DNA of 64,000 nt from a virus (taxonomy: Duplodnaviria; Caudoviricetes). Positions within the stretch are counted from its first letter, which is position 1, and every line of letters begins with the position of its first letter. The position numbers were made by a program, and so were the translations under genes. Below are positions 15,690 to 23,999 of the stretch, piece after piece. The notes beneath the pieces are model-generated. The model was not told the DNA's origin, made no database searches, and saw only the letters and a list, made by a program, of their open reading frames with translations. Where the stretch lies: IMG/VR virus record IMGVR_UViG_3300008107_000634, positions 1,991-65,990 of that record; one strand, written 5' to 3'.

Positions 15690-16155
15690 CCGATTCGCAA
15701 AGGCGAGACAAGAAAAAAAATCTTCGTGCCATGCGATTTTTTTCTTGCCCCTAGCAGGCGACTCGCTTAGTCTGCTAGTGTGGGAATCCGACCTAACGTG
15801 TCCGGCGAGTTGGCACAGTTCTTGCAAGCCACGCAGGCCTTAGATGGATAAAAAGGCCAACAATATCAATAACTTAGGCGTGGGGCCGGCCCCGCCGCTA
15901 AGTAGTTGATTCTAAAAGCTTTTTTTCGCGTTTCGCGCCCGATCCGCTTGCAAGAACCGTGCCAAGTCTCGACTCGTCCGAATCGGCGGGGCGCTACCCT
16001 AGCACGCGAGCCTGCCGCGCGTCAAGCGCCTATCTAGCCCAGTCTGGTGTAATTAGTCGCACCGGGCTGGACTATTTAGGCGACGAGCCCCCTTGCAACG
16101 AATCGGGCGCGCGCTTATCTTCCATCTATCGCAACGGACAACAACGGAGTCTCCC

Positions 16156-16404
16156 ATGTCCTTCGACCCCGCCGCCGCCCTCGCCATCCTCGCCGCTGGC
16201 CCGGCCCTCGTCACCTTCACGAAGAAGGATGGCACGGAGAGGACCATGCGCTGCACGCGCTCGCCGGACCTGCTCCCGCCCGGCGCGGTCAAGGGGACGG
16301 ACACGCGGAAGGATCAGGGCAACCTGATCGCCGTCTTCGACCTCGACGCTCAGGCGTGGAAGGGCTTCTTCTTCGACAGGATGGTGGCGATCCAGCCCGC
16401 TTGA
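16156..16404 (+). CDS. WYL_2-like protein, copy 2
   Basis: Near-identical to 11239..11490; different promoter (TTGCAA-17-TATCTT). Confidence 0.7.
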   Translation: MSFDPAAALAILAAGPALVTFTKKDGTERTMRCTRSPDLLPPGAVKGTDTRKDQGNLIAVFDLDAQAWKGFFFDRMVAIQPA

Positions 16405-16462
16405 CGGGCTGGCGCGAATCGCCTAGCATCCAAGCATCACAACGCAAACAACGGAGTCGAAC

Positions 16463-16642
16463 ATGACGCCTCGCCAGACCATCACTGACATCGCCTTCGA
16501 GGATTTCAAGAGCCCTGCCTTCACGGGCACGATCATCGCGTGCCTCGCCGAGGCCGTCGATTGCCTCGCGCAGGATGATCCCATGCGCCAGACCATCGTC
16601 GACATGATCGTGCGGGCGAAGGAGTCTCGTCGACGCGCCTAA
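16463..16642 (+). CDS. small helical protein, distant paralogue of 11819 and 16688
   Basis: Manual translation MTPRQTITDIAF...PAFTG..IA.L..AV..L...KESR; same leader. Confidence 0.55.
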   Translation: MTPRQTITDIAFEDFKSPAFTGTIIACLAEAVDCLAQDDPMRQTIVDMIVRAKESRRRA

Positions 16643-16687
16643 TGCGGCAGGCGCTACCTACCCACAACGCAAACAACGGAGTCGAAC

Positions 16688-16876
16688 ATGAAGTCTCTCA
16701 ATCTCCTCGATCAAGTCACCTTCATCGCCATGCGCAAGGACCCGGAGCTTTGCGGCCGACTCCTCGCCTATCTCGATACGGCGCTTCGCAAGCTGCCCGA
16801 GTCGAGCGTCGAGCATAGGTGGATCGCGGACCAGCTCGCGAAGGACGTCGCGAAGATCAAGGAGTCGGGTGGATGA
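16688..16876 (+). CDS. small helical protein, paralogue of 11819
   Basis: M.SLNL..Q.T....R.DP.LCGR..AYL...AK.VAKIKES. Confidence 0.65.
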   Translation: MKSLNLLDQVTFIAMRKDPELCGRLLAYLDTALRKLPESSVEHRWIADQLAKDVAKIKESGG

Positions 16877-17021
16877 TCGAAATCGAAATTGAATCTAGAC
16901 CGGGGCGGTTCCGAGGACTTGCTTTTTCAATCGGTCTCATCGCTCCTCTCCAGAGCCTTGACCAGGGAAATTTTTTGACTTTTTTAAGACTTCCCGCCAT
17001 AGGCTGAGCCTAGCACACGTT

Positions 17022-17186
17022 ACCAGCGTTTATGCACTCCGTGCATACGTCCGTAACGCAGGTGCACACGTTACCAGCGTCTATGCACTCCGTGCAATCT
17101 TGACCAGCGTTTATGCACTCCGTGCATTAAGACCCACGCCCGTGCAAACGCTTGTGCAAACGCTTGTGCAAACGCCCGTGCAAATA
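17022..17186. repeat. 3x ACCAGCGTYTATGCACTCCGTGCA plus 4x GTGCAAA at a 12-bp period, upstream of terS
   Basis: Units at 17022, 17073, 17103; GTGCAAA at 17142, 17154, 17166, 17178. Confidence 0.85.
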
Positions 17187-17223
17187 AAAAAAAATTGACC
17201 ACCTCTCGGCCCCGTGCTAGTGT

Positions 17224-17664
17224 ATGAGTATGAATGAAATCTCTACCCGCGATGTGCTTAATCGCTCTCTTGAAGCCCCAGAAATAGATCCTGTTCTACT
17301 CGGTATAGCAAACCGCCATATCGAGGGAGACACAATTCAAACTATTGCCACCCAGTTCAATATAAGTGAGGACCGGGTTGCACAGGTTTTAGATCGCCGA
17401 GAGGTTAAGCAATATGTGGATCAAGTCTACTTATCACAAGGATTTCTCAACAGATTCAAAAGAATCCAATTGATTAATCAAGTGATAGAAAAGAAGATCC
17501 AAGATGTTGCTCTTGGAGAAGAATATACTAAGAAAGATCTCCTTGAGTGGCTACGTCTACTCCAGGATATGGATAAGTCAGCTCGTCCGCAACAAAAAGG
17601 TCCTACTGTAGCTGTGCAGGTTAATAACTATGATAGCCTTATGCAAGACCTAATGGAGAAATAA
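17224..17664 (+). CDS. terS: terminase small subunit (T5-like)
   Basis: HTH N-terminus, REVKQYVDQVYL, KKDL and VQVNNYDSLM..L motifs as in T5-type TerS; leaderless promoter TTGACC-17-TAGTGT. Confidence 0.7.
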   Translation: MSMNEISTRDVLNRSLEAPEIDPVLLGIANRHIEGDTIQTIATQFNISEDRVAQVLDRREVKQYVDQVYLSQGFLNRFKRIQLINQVIEKKIQDVALGEEYTKKDLLEWLRLLQDMDKSARPQQKGPTVAVQVNNYDSLMQDLMEK

Positions 17665-18008
17665 TGGCAGGTTTTGGAATAGACCGATATGGTCCCATTT
17701 CACTTTTACGTCCTAGAATTAGTCGCGCTCATACTGTTACAGTTACAGAAGCCGATCAGGTTTTAGGCCCTTGGGCTAGTGAGACTATAGTTATAGGTCT
17801 TGTAGCTAGTGGTGGTAGTGTATTCTATCAAGGTGGTTTTGAAGACACACAAACTAGCCAAGGAGCTAATGCTCATTTCCTTGCTGAGGGAGTTCCGCTC
17901 ATGGTTAACGTAGGAACACCTGGTACGCAAGATAGACATCGTTACATGGCAGTAAGACTTGTAGACCCTACAACTACGGTCCAGTTCTATGTGACCGAGT
18001 TTGAATAA
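17664..18008 (+). CDS. hypothetical virion-associated protein
   Basis: TAATG coupling to terS. Confidence 0.65.
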   Translation: MAGFGIDRYGPISLLRPRISRAHTVTVTEADQVLGPWASETIVIGLVASGGSVFYQGGFEDTQTSQGANAHFLAEGVPLMVNVGTPGTQDRHRYMAVRLVDPTTTVQFYVTEFE

Positions 18009-18170
18009 ATGAGACGTAGTCTCTCTCAAGCTCTTAGATCTCTTAGTGAGCCTGTAAAACGTCGCTTAGCCATTCTTGGTGGTGGTATATCCATTACACA
18101 GACGGAAGATCAACTAGTCTTAGTCACAGAAGATGGTGTATACTTAACATTAGAACAACCTAGAGGATAA
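18009..18170 (+). CDS. small hypothetical protein (53 aa)
   Basis: Manual translation; fills the gap and ends LVTEDG.YL.LE. Confidence 0.5.
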   Translation: MRRSLSQALRSLSEPVKRRLAILGGGISITQTEDQLVLVTEDGVYLTLEQPRG

Positions 18171-18173
18171 CCG

Positions 18174-21100
18174 GTGGCCGCTAATGTAAAGATCAGTCAA
18201 CTTCAAGCCTTAAGCACTGTATTGGCCAACAGTTTTGTTCCTGTGGTGCAAAGCGGTGTCACATCTCGTGCTAATCTCACCACTATCTTAGCCTCTACCC
18301 GTGCTAACGACTACTCAACCTATTTAACTCTTACTGCTAATATTTACAATACATATCAGGCTTTATCTGGTGGAGGTGGAGGTGGCGGAGGTGGTATAGA
18401 TCTTAGTCTTGCTTATGCAAATGACTATGCTACTTGGTTAGCCCTTGGAAGTAGTGCTGGAAGTAACCTAGTCTATAAGAACTACTCTTCACAAGGAGAG
18501 ACAACCTTTGAGACAGGTCAGTCTAAACCTGTTAATGCTAATAACCTCTTAGTATACTTAGACGGGATTATCCAGAGACCTAGCGCAGACTATACTCTAG
18601 ATGACACCGGAAACGTTAGCTTTACCTCGGCCCCTCCTGTCGGCAGTAATGTCAATATACTTCAACTACCTCTCGGTAGCGGTGGGACCTATACGCTTCC
18701 AACAGCTTCTAATACAGACCTGGGAGGCGTTCGTGTAGATGGGTCCACTATTACTATTAACAGTGCAGGGGTTATCTCTACCAATCTAGAGGGGACTACG
18801 GCAAATGACTGGGATACCTATCAAGCAGCACTAGCGAATGACTATTCAACGTTAGTTGAATTACGTGGTAACGACTGGGCTACCCTACTCTCTGCGCGTC
18901 AGAATGATTGGGCTACCTATCAAGCGGCACTAGCGAATGATTATTCAACGTGGTTAGCTGCTCAGGCTAATGACGGCGCTACCTTACTCAACGCTCAGGC
19001 TAATGACTACTCAACGTGGTTAGCTGCTCAGGCTAATGACGGCGCTACACTCCTAGAGGCTCGTAGTAATGATTGGGCTACCTATCAAGCGGCTATATCT
19101 AATGACTACTCAACGTGGTTAGCTGCGCAGGCTAATGACGGCGCTACACTCCTAGAGGCTCGTAGTAATGACTACTCAACGTGGTTAGCTGCGCAGGCTA
19201 ATGACGGCGCTACACTCCTAGAGGCTCGTAGTAATGACTATTCAACATACCTAACTCTTACTGCTAATATCTACAATACTTATTCCACTTTACAAAATGT
19301 TAGTGGAGTAACCACTAGCATTGTATATTCTAATGATTGGAATACTTATCAAGCCGCTTTAGCAAATGACTGGTCAACCTTACTTGCAGCTCAGGCTAAC
19401 GACTGGTCAACCTTACTCACAGCTCAGGCTAACGACGGCGCTACCCTACTCTCTGCACATCAGAATGACCATGTTACATATCTCAACGCGCAGGCCAATG
19501 ACTATACAACCTTATCTGCTGCGATTGTTAATGACTACGCAACCTTAGTCAATGCACATGCTAATGATTGGAATACTTTAGTAGAAGCTCGAGCCAATGA
19601 CGGTGTTACCTTAGATCTAGCAAGGGCCAATGATTGGAATACTTTACAAACAGCACGTGCCAATGATTGGGCTACCTACCTTGATGCACAGAGTAATGAC
19701 GGAATTACTCTACTCAATGCTCGCGCTAATGATCTTGTAACGTGGAACAGCGCGCAAGGCAATGACCACTCTACTCTTTTATCTGCGCGTGCCAACGACC
19801 TTGTAACGTGGAACAGCGCTCAAGGTAATGATCACGCTACTCTGTTGAGTGCACGTGCCAACGATTTAACTACTTATCAGGCTGCATTAGCCAACGACTA
19901 TGCGACTTATCTTGCTCTGCAAGGGCAGATAGATAGTACAAATGCTAGCGCTAACGATTGGAACACTCTTTTAGCAGCTAGATCTAATGATTATGCAACT
20001 TACCTTGCTGCCCAGGCTAACGATCTAGCTACATGGAACAGCGCTCAAGGTAATGATCACGCTACTCTGTTAAGTGCACGTGCCAACGATTTAACTACTT
20101 ATCAGGCTGCATTAGCCAACGATTATGCGACTTATCTCGCACTACAAGGTCAAATAGATAGTACAGATGCTAGCGCTAACGATTGGAACACTCTTTTAAC
20201 AGCGCGCGCTAATGACTTTGCAACATGGAATAGTGCTCAGGGTAATGACCACTCTACCTTATTGAGTGCGCGTGCCAATGACCTTGTAACGTGGAATAGC
20301 GCGCAAGGCAATGACCACTCTACTCTTTTATCTGCGCGTGCTAACGACCTTGTAACGTGGAACAGCGCGCAGGGCAACGATTATTCTACTCTGTTGAGTG
20401 CTTATGCTAATGATTGGTCTACTTATTTAACACTTACCGCCAACATATATAACACTTATTTATTAATACAGGCCGGAGCAGAAACTAATGTTGAGATACT
20501 TGTCTATAGTAATGACTATAACACCTATCTTGCAGCTTTATCAAATGACCTTTTAACCTGGAATAGTGCGCAAGGCAATGATCACTCTACCTTATTGAGT
20601 GCTCGTGCTAATGACCTCTCAACGTGGAACAGCGCTCAGGGCAATGACCACTCTACCTTATTGAGTGCGCGTGCTAATGACCTATCCACGTGGAATAGCG
20701 CTCAGGGCAATGACCACTCTACTCTTCTTAGCGCGCGTGCCAATGACTTTGCAACGTGGAACAACGCGCAAGGCAATGATCACTCTACCTTATTGAGTGC
20801 ACGTGCCAATGACCTTGTAACGTGGAACAGCGCTCAAGGGAATGATCATTCTACTTTAATTTCTGCATATGCTAATGATTATAACACATTATCTGCTGCA
20901 ATTATAAACGACTTTTTAGCATATCTTAATACTTTAGCTAACGACGGAGTTACTCTTGCAGAGGCTAGAGCTAATGATTATAACTCTCTTACTTATGTAT
21001 TAGCTAATAGCGTTGCCAGATTTACCGCAGATAAATATTTTGATAGTACGGTTTATAGTAGAGACATAATTCCTCAAGCAAACACCACTTATAGTCTTGG

Positions 21101-21485
21101 GTCCGAAAGTGCTAGATGGGCAAATATTTGGGTTAAAGGTGCTACTATCTTTTTAGGAGACGCTGCGCTCTCTAGCTCTGGAGCTAGTCTATCTTTTCCA
21201 GAAGGTTCTACTCTAAATGGTGTAGATATTCTTGCTAATGACGGCGTTACACTTCTCAGCGCACGTGCCAATGACTATAACACACTACTAGCAGCCCAAT
21301 CTAATGACTATAACACACTACTAGCAGCCCAATCTAATGACTATGGTACTTATTTAACTTTAACTGCTAACATTTATAACACTTACACTGCGCTTAATAG
21401 CAATATATCTGGTGGGGGATCTGGCGGTTCTAGTAATGTAACGGTGAATAAAATGTTTGCAATATCATTAATTTTCGGAGGATAA
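18174..21485 (+). CDS. long fibre-like protein with dozens of 11-residue xNDxxTxxxAx repeats
   Basis: GTG start; KISQL N-terminal motif; 11-aa period; tail-fibre-like IIPQANTTYSLGS..RW near the C-terminus. Confidence 0.75.
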   Translation: MAANVKISQLQALSTVLANSFVPVVQSGVTSRANLTTILASTRANDYSTYLTLTANIYNTYQALSGGGGGGGGGIDLSLAYANDYATWLALGSSAGSNLVYKNYSSQGETTFETGQSKPVNANNLLVYLDGIIQRPSADYTLDDTGNVSFTSAPPVGSNVNILQLPLGSGGTYTLPTASNTDLGGVRVDGSTITINSAGVISTNLEGTTANDWDTYQAALANDYSTLVELRGNDWATLLSARQNDWATYQAALANDYSTWLAAQANDGATLLNAQANDYSTWLAAQANDGATLLEARSNDWATYQAAISNDYSTWLAAQANDGATLLEARSNDYSTWLAAQANDGATLLEARSNDYSTYLTLTANIYNTYSTLQNVSGVTTSIVYSNDWNTYQAALANDWSTLLAAQANDWSTLLTAQANDGATLLSAHQNDHVTYLNAQANDYTTLSAAIVNDYATLVNAHANDWNTLVEARANDGVTLDLARANDWNTLQTARANDWATYLDAQSNDGITLLNARANDLVTWNSAQGNDHSTLLSARANDLVTWNSAQGNDHATLLSARANDLTTYQAALANDYATYLALQGQIDSTNASANDWNTLLAARSNDYATYLAAQANDLATWNSAQGNDHATLLSARANDLTTYQAALANDYATYLALQGQIDSTDASANDWNTLLTARANDFATWNSAQGNDHSTLLSARANDLVTWNSAQGNDHSTLLSARANDLVTWNSAQGNDYSTLLSAYANDWSTYLTLTANIYNTYLLIQAGAETNVEILVYSNDYNTYLAALSNDLLTWNSAQGNDHSTLLSARANDLSTWNSAQGNDHSTLLSARANDLSTWNSAQGNDHSTLLSARANDFATWNNAQGNDHSTLLSARANDLVTWNSAQGNDHSTLISAYANDYNTLSAAIINDFLAYLNTLANDGVTLAEARANDYNSLTYVLANSVARFTADKYFDSTVYSRDIIPQANTTYSLGSESARWANIWVKGATIFLGDAALSSSGASLSFPEGSTLNGVDILANDGVTLLSARANDYNTLLAAQSNDYNTLLAAQSNDYGTYLTLTANIYNTYTALNSNISGGGSGGSSNVTVNKMFAISLIFGG

Positions 21486-21489
21486 GAGT

Positions 21490-21849
21490 ATGGCGGCCCC
21501 TAATATAGTAAACGTAGCAACAATCACAGGTAAAACTGCAGTAGCAAATGTAACTACTATTGCTTCAGATATAGTAACAAATTCTGCTGCAAGTGGTAAA
21601 GTTTTTAAGATTAACTCCCTAATAATATCTAATATAGATGGAGCTAATACAGCAGATATTACTGCTAGTGTTTATAGATCTAGTGTAGAATGGAAATTTG
21701 CTCATACAGTATCGGTCCCAGCAGACGCTTCTCTTGTTGTCTTATCCAAAGACACGACTTTGTATCTAGAAGAAAATGACACTATAAGATTGACTGCTAG
21801 TGCTAACGGAGATTTACAAGCTGTATGTTCTTATGAGGAGATTAGCTGA
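21490..21849 (+). CDS. small beta-rich virion structural protein
   Basis: MAAPNIVNV...LEENDTIRLTASAN pattern, typical of phage fibre loci. Confidence 0.6.
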   Translation: MAAPNIVNVATITGKTAVANVTTIASDIVTNSAASGKVFKINSLIISNIDGANTADITASVYRSSVEWKFAHTVSVPADASLVVLSKDTTLYLEENDTIRLTASANGDLQAVCSYEEIS

Positions 21850-23507
21850 TGAGAAGAAATAGCGGTATCATAGGACCCTTACAAAATCCATCTAGAGACT
21901 CAGCTTCTGGTATATTCAATCAGATAGACCAACAAACACTAACTGGTGGTAATAAGTGGCCTGCCGTTATTAATAGTGATTTTTCTATAACTCCCTCTGT
22001 TAATAATACTCTTGAGTGGGATTTTTCAATTCATGGAACTTTAGATGCTAATACATATGGTGAGTACACTATTGTCGCTAATAGAAACGTAGATGTAATA
22101 GTAAAAATGAGAGGTGCTGGAGGTGCTAGAGGTTATAACTATGGACAAGGTATAACTTCTACCTCTGAACAAGGCGATGGAGGAGGCGGGGGTTTTAGTC
22201 AAGGTGCTATATCTTTTTTAGCAGGTAATACTTATGTTTTGCAGATTGGACAAGGAGGTATAAGGTCTAATAACGCTAGTAATGGTGCTAGCTATATCGC
22301 CGGCGGTATAGGTAAAACTAGCACTACTTATGGAGGTACACAAGGCGGAGGATACACAGGAATATTTCGCACTGTAGTAAGTCAAGCTAATAGTTTGATT
22401 ATTGCAGGAGGCGGTGGGGCGGGAGGTGCTACTTCTGTAGGTGGAGTAGGAGGTGCTGGAGGAGGTAGTAGTGGTGCAGCAACTTCTTCTGGATCGCAGG
22501 GTGGAGGTGGAGGATCTCAGTCCGCCGGAGGCTCGGCGTCTTCATTTAACGGGGCTACTGCAGGCTCTGCTTTAACCGGAGGTGTAGCTCAAAAAAATGC
22601 AACTTCACAGGCCTCTCTTGGAGGAGGCGGAGGTGGTTATTTTGGTGGTGGAGGGGGAAACGTAGGAGGAGGAGGTGGAGGATCTGGAAGATTAGGAACA
22701 ACAGCTAATGGCGTTGTAGGTGGTACAACTACAGTAGGGTCTGGTGCTGCTCCTGGAGTTATCGCGGATAGTGATATGGGTAATCTTGCAGGTAGGGGAG
22801 GAAATGCTGCCCAAGGAACTAGTGGAGCTGATGGTAGAGTTAAAATATATAAGGCAGTAACATCAAGTTTATATTTTGATGGAGGTAGATATTTTACAAC
22901 CGATAATGCTACTGTTCCGAGTGCATACACTCTTGGTTCTGGAGACTTTACTATTGAGTTTTGGTTTAATGGAGCTGCTCAGGTTAATAAATTTTTTTAC
23001 TGTAATAGACAAGGTTTAACCTCTACTAATCCTCACGTTACTACTGGAGGAATAGGGGGCACAGGCACTAAATTACGTTGGGGGACTACAAATACTCATG
23101 GAACTATAACTATCGCAGATAGTTCCTGGCATCACTGTGCTATATCCAGACAGAGTAGTAACTTAAGACTTTGGGTAGATGGAGTTTTAGATACTTATGC
23201 AACAGATAATAATAACTACTCTACAGATAGGAATATAAATATAGGTAGAAATAGTTTTAATTCAGACTATTTAACAGGATATCTTTCTAATTTTAGAGTA
23301 ATAAAAGGCACAGCTATTTATACATCAAACTTTACACCTCCTTTATCTACTCTTACTGCTGTATCTAATACAGCTCTTTTGGTAAGTATTAATCAACTTT
23401 GGGATGTAGATTTTAGCTCTAATAGATTTAAAGGATCTATGAAAGACTCTTCTGGAAATGATAGCACCTCACCGGCACAATTTAGTACCTCTACTGTCCC
23501 TTTTTAG
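21849..23507 (+). CDS. glycine-rich tail protein with C-terminal LamG/ConA-like domain
   Basis: GGGGAGG tracts; DFTIEFW, WHHCAISR, LTGYLSNFRVIKG motifs. Confidence 0.75.
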   Translation: MRRNSGIIGPLQNPSRDSASGIFNQIDQQTLTGGNKWPAVINSDFSITPSVNNTLEWDFSIHGTLDANTYGEYTIVANRNVDVIVKMRGAGGARGYNYGQGITSTSEQGDGGGGGFSQGAISFLAGNTYVLQIGQGGIRSNNASNGASYIAGGIGKTSTTYGGTQGGGYTGIFRTVVSQANSLIIAGGGGAGGATSVGGVGGAGGGSSGAATSSGSQGGGGGSQSAGGSASSFNGATAGSALTGGVAQKNATSQASLGGGGGGYFGGGGGNVGGGGGGSGRLGTTANGVVGGTTTVGSGAAPGVIADSDMGNLAGRGGNAAQGTSGADGRVKIYKAVTSSLYFDGGRYFTTDNATVPSAYTLGSGDFTIEFWFNGAAQVNKFFYCNRQGLTSTNPHVTTGGIGGTGTKLRWGTTNTHGTITIADSSWHHCAISRQSSNLRLWVDGVLDTYATDNNNYSTDRNINIGRNSFNSDYLTGYLSNFRVIKGTAIYTSNFTPPLSTLTAVSNTALLVSINQLWDVDFSSNRFKGSMKDSSGNDSTSPAQFSTSTVPF

Positions 23508-23515
23508 GAGTTTAA

Positions 23516-23935
23516 ATGCTGTATACATATAAAGGTAAATACCCGGAACCTAAACCCTCTAGAATACGACTTCCTAACGGATTAACTAAAACGGATGATA
23601 TCACTGACGACGATCTAGCACTAATAGGATATAGAAAAGTAGATAATCCTCCAGAAATATCAGTAACACAAAAACTTGAATGGTCAGGGTCTTCTTGGCT
23701 TATTTCAGATAAAAATGAAGAAGATCTTTTAAATGAATGGAATATTGTTAGATTAGAAAGAGATAAAAGAATACGAGAAGTAGAGTGGAGATATGCTAGA
23801 TATTATAGGCACGAAAGATTAAATATTCCACAAATAGATACCATAGAAAATTTAGATAGATACATACAAGCTCTTGCGGATGTCACAAAACAGTCAACTT
23901 TCTTTAGTATCACATGGCCAACGTTAAATGAATAA
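23516..23935 (+). CDS. tail fibre assembly chaperone-like protein
   Basis: W..VR.ERD....W...YIQALADV...I.WP. Confidence 0.65.
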   Translation: MLYTYKGKYPEPKPSRIRLPNGLTKTDDITDDDLALIGYRKVDNPPEISVTQKLEWSGSSWLISDKNEEDLLNEWNIVRLERDKRIREVEWRYARYYRHERLNIPQIDTIENLDRYIQALADVTKQSTFFSITWPTLNE

Positions 23936-23999
23936 TATAAAAATCGACAAAGTTATCTGTTACTATTATAATAATAGATAAAATAGTATAGGAGTTTTA

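Larger units (their letters stand above)
13..15909. repeat. Dispersed array of 28 copies of a 44-bp inverted element TCAA-N4-TTAG-[20 bp GC-rich]-CTAA-N4-TTGA (paired IHF-consensus sites)
   Basis: Copies start at 13, 674, 1477, 2007, 2465, 3290, 4096, 4750, 5255, 6135, 6772, 7467, 7861, 8408, 8798, 9137, 9471, 9830, 10214, 10611, 10989, 11598, 12266, 12603, 12950, 13590, 14830, 15866. 27 are exactly 44 bp; the first is 43 bp. Confidence 0.95.
11072..15964. promoter_or_regulatory. Nine sigma54 (-24/-12) consensus boxes TGGCAC-N5-TTGCA
   Basis: Plus strand: 11543, 12211, 14747, 14775, 15811. Minus strand: 11072, 11681, 14913, 15949. All have 10 bp between GG and GC. Confidence 0.7.

Noticed and set aside
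13-15909. CRISPR array
   Set aside because: Inter-repeat distances are about 300-1200 bp and contain genes and promoters; repeats vary internally; no cas genes.
13-15909. Classical integron attC sites
   Set aside because: Arm order is GTTAG...CTAA rather than RYYYAAC...GTTRRRY; arms 1 and 2 do not covary; cassettes have their own promoters; no intI in the window.
360-16605. Many overlapping or antisense ORFs in the track (e.g. 666+, 5359+, 9822+, 11122-, 13990+, 15154+)
   Set aside because: Shadows of GC-rich real genes, or frames running through repeats; no RBS or promoter support.
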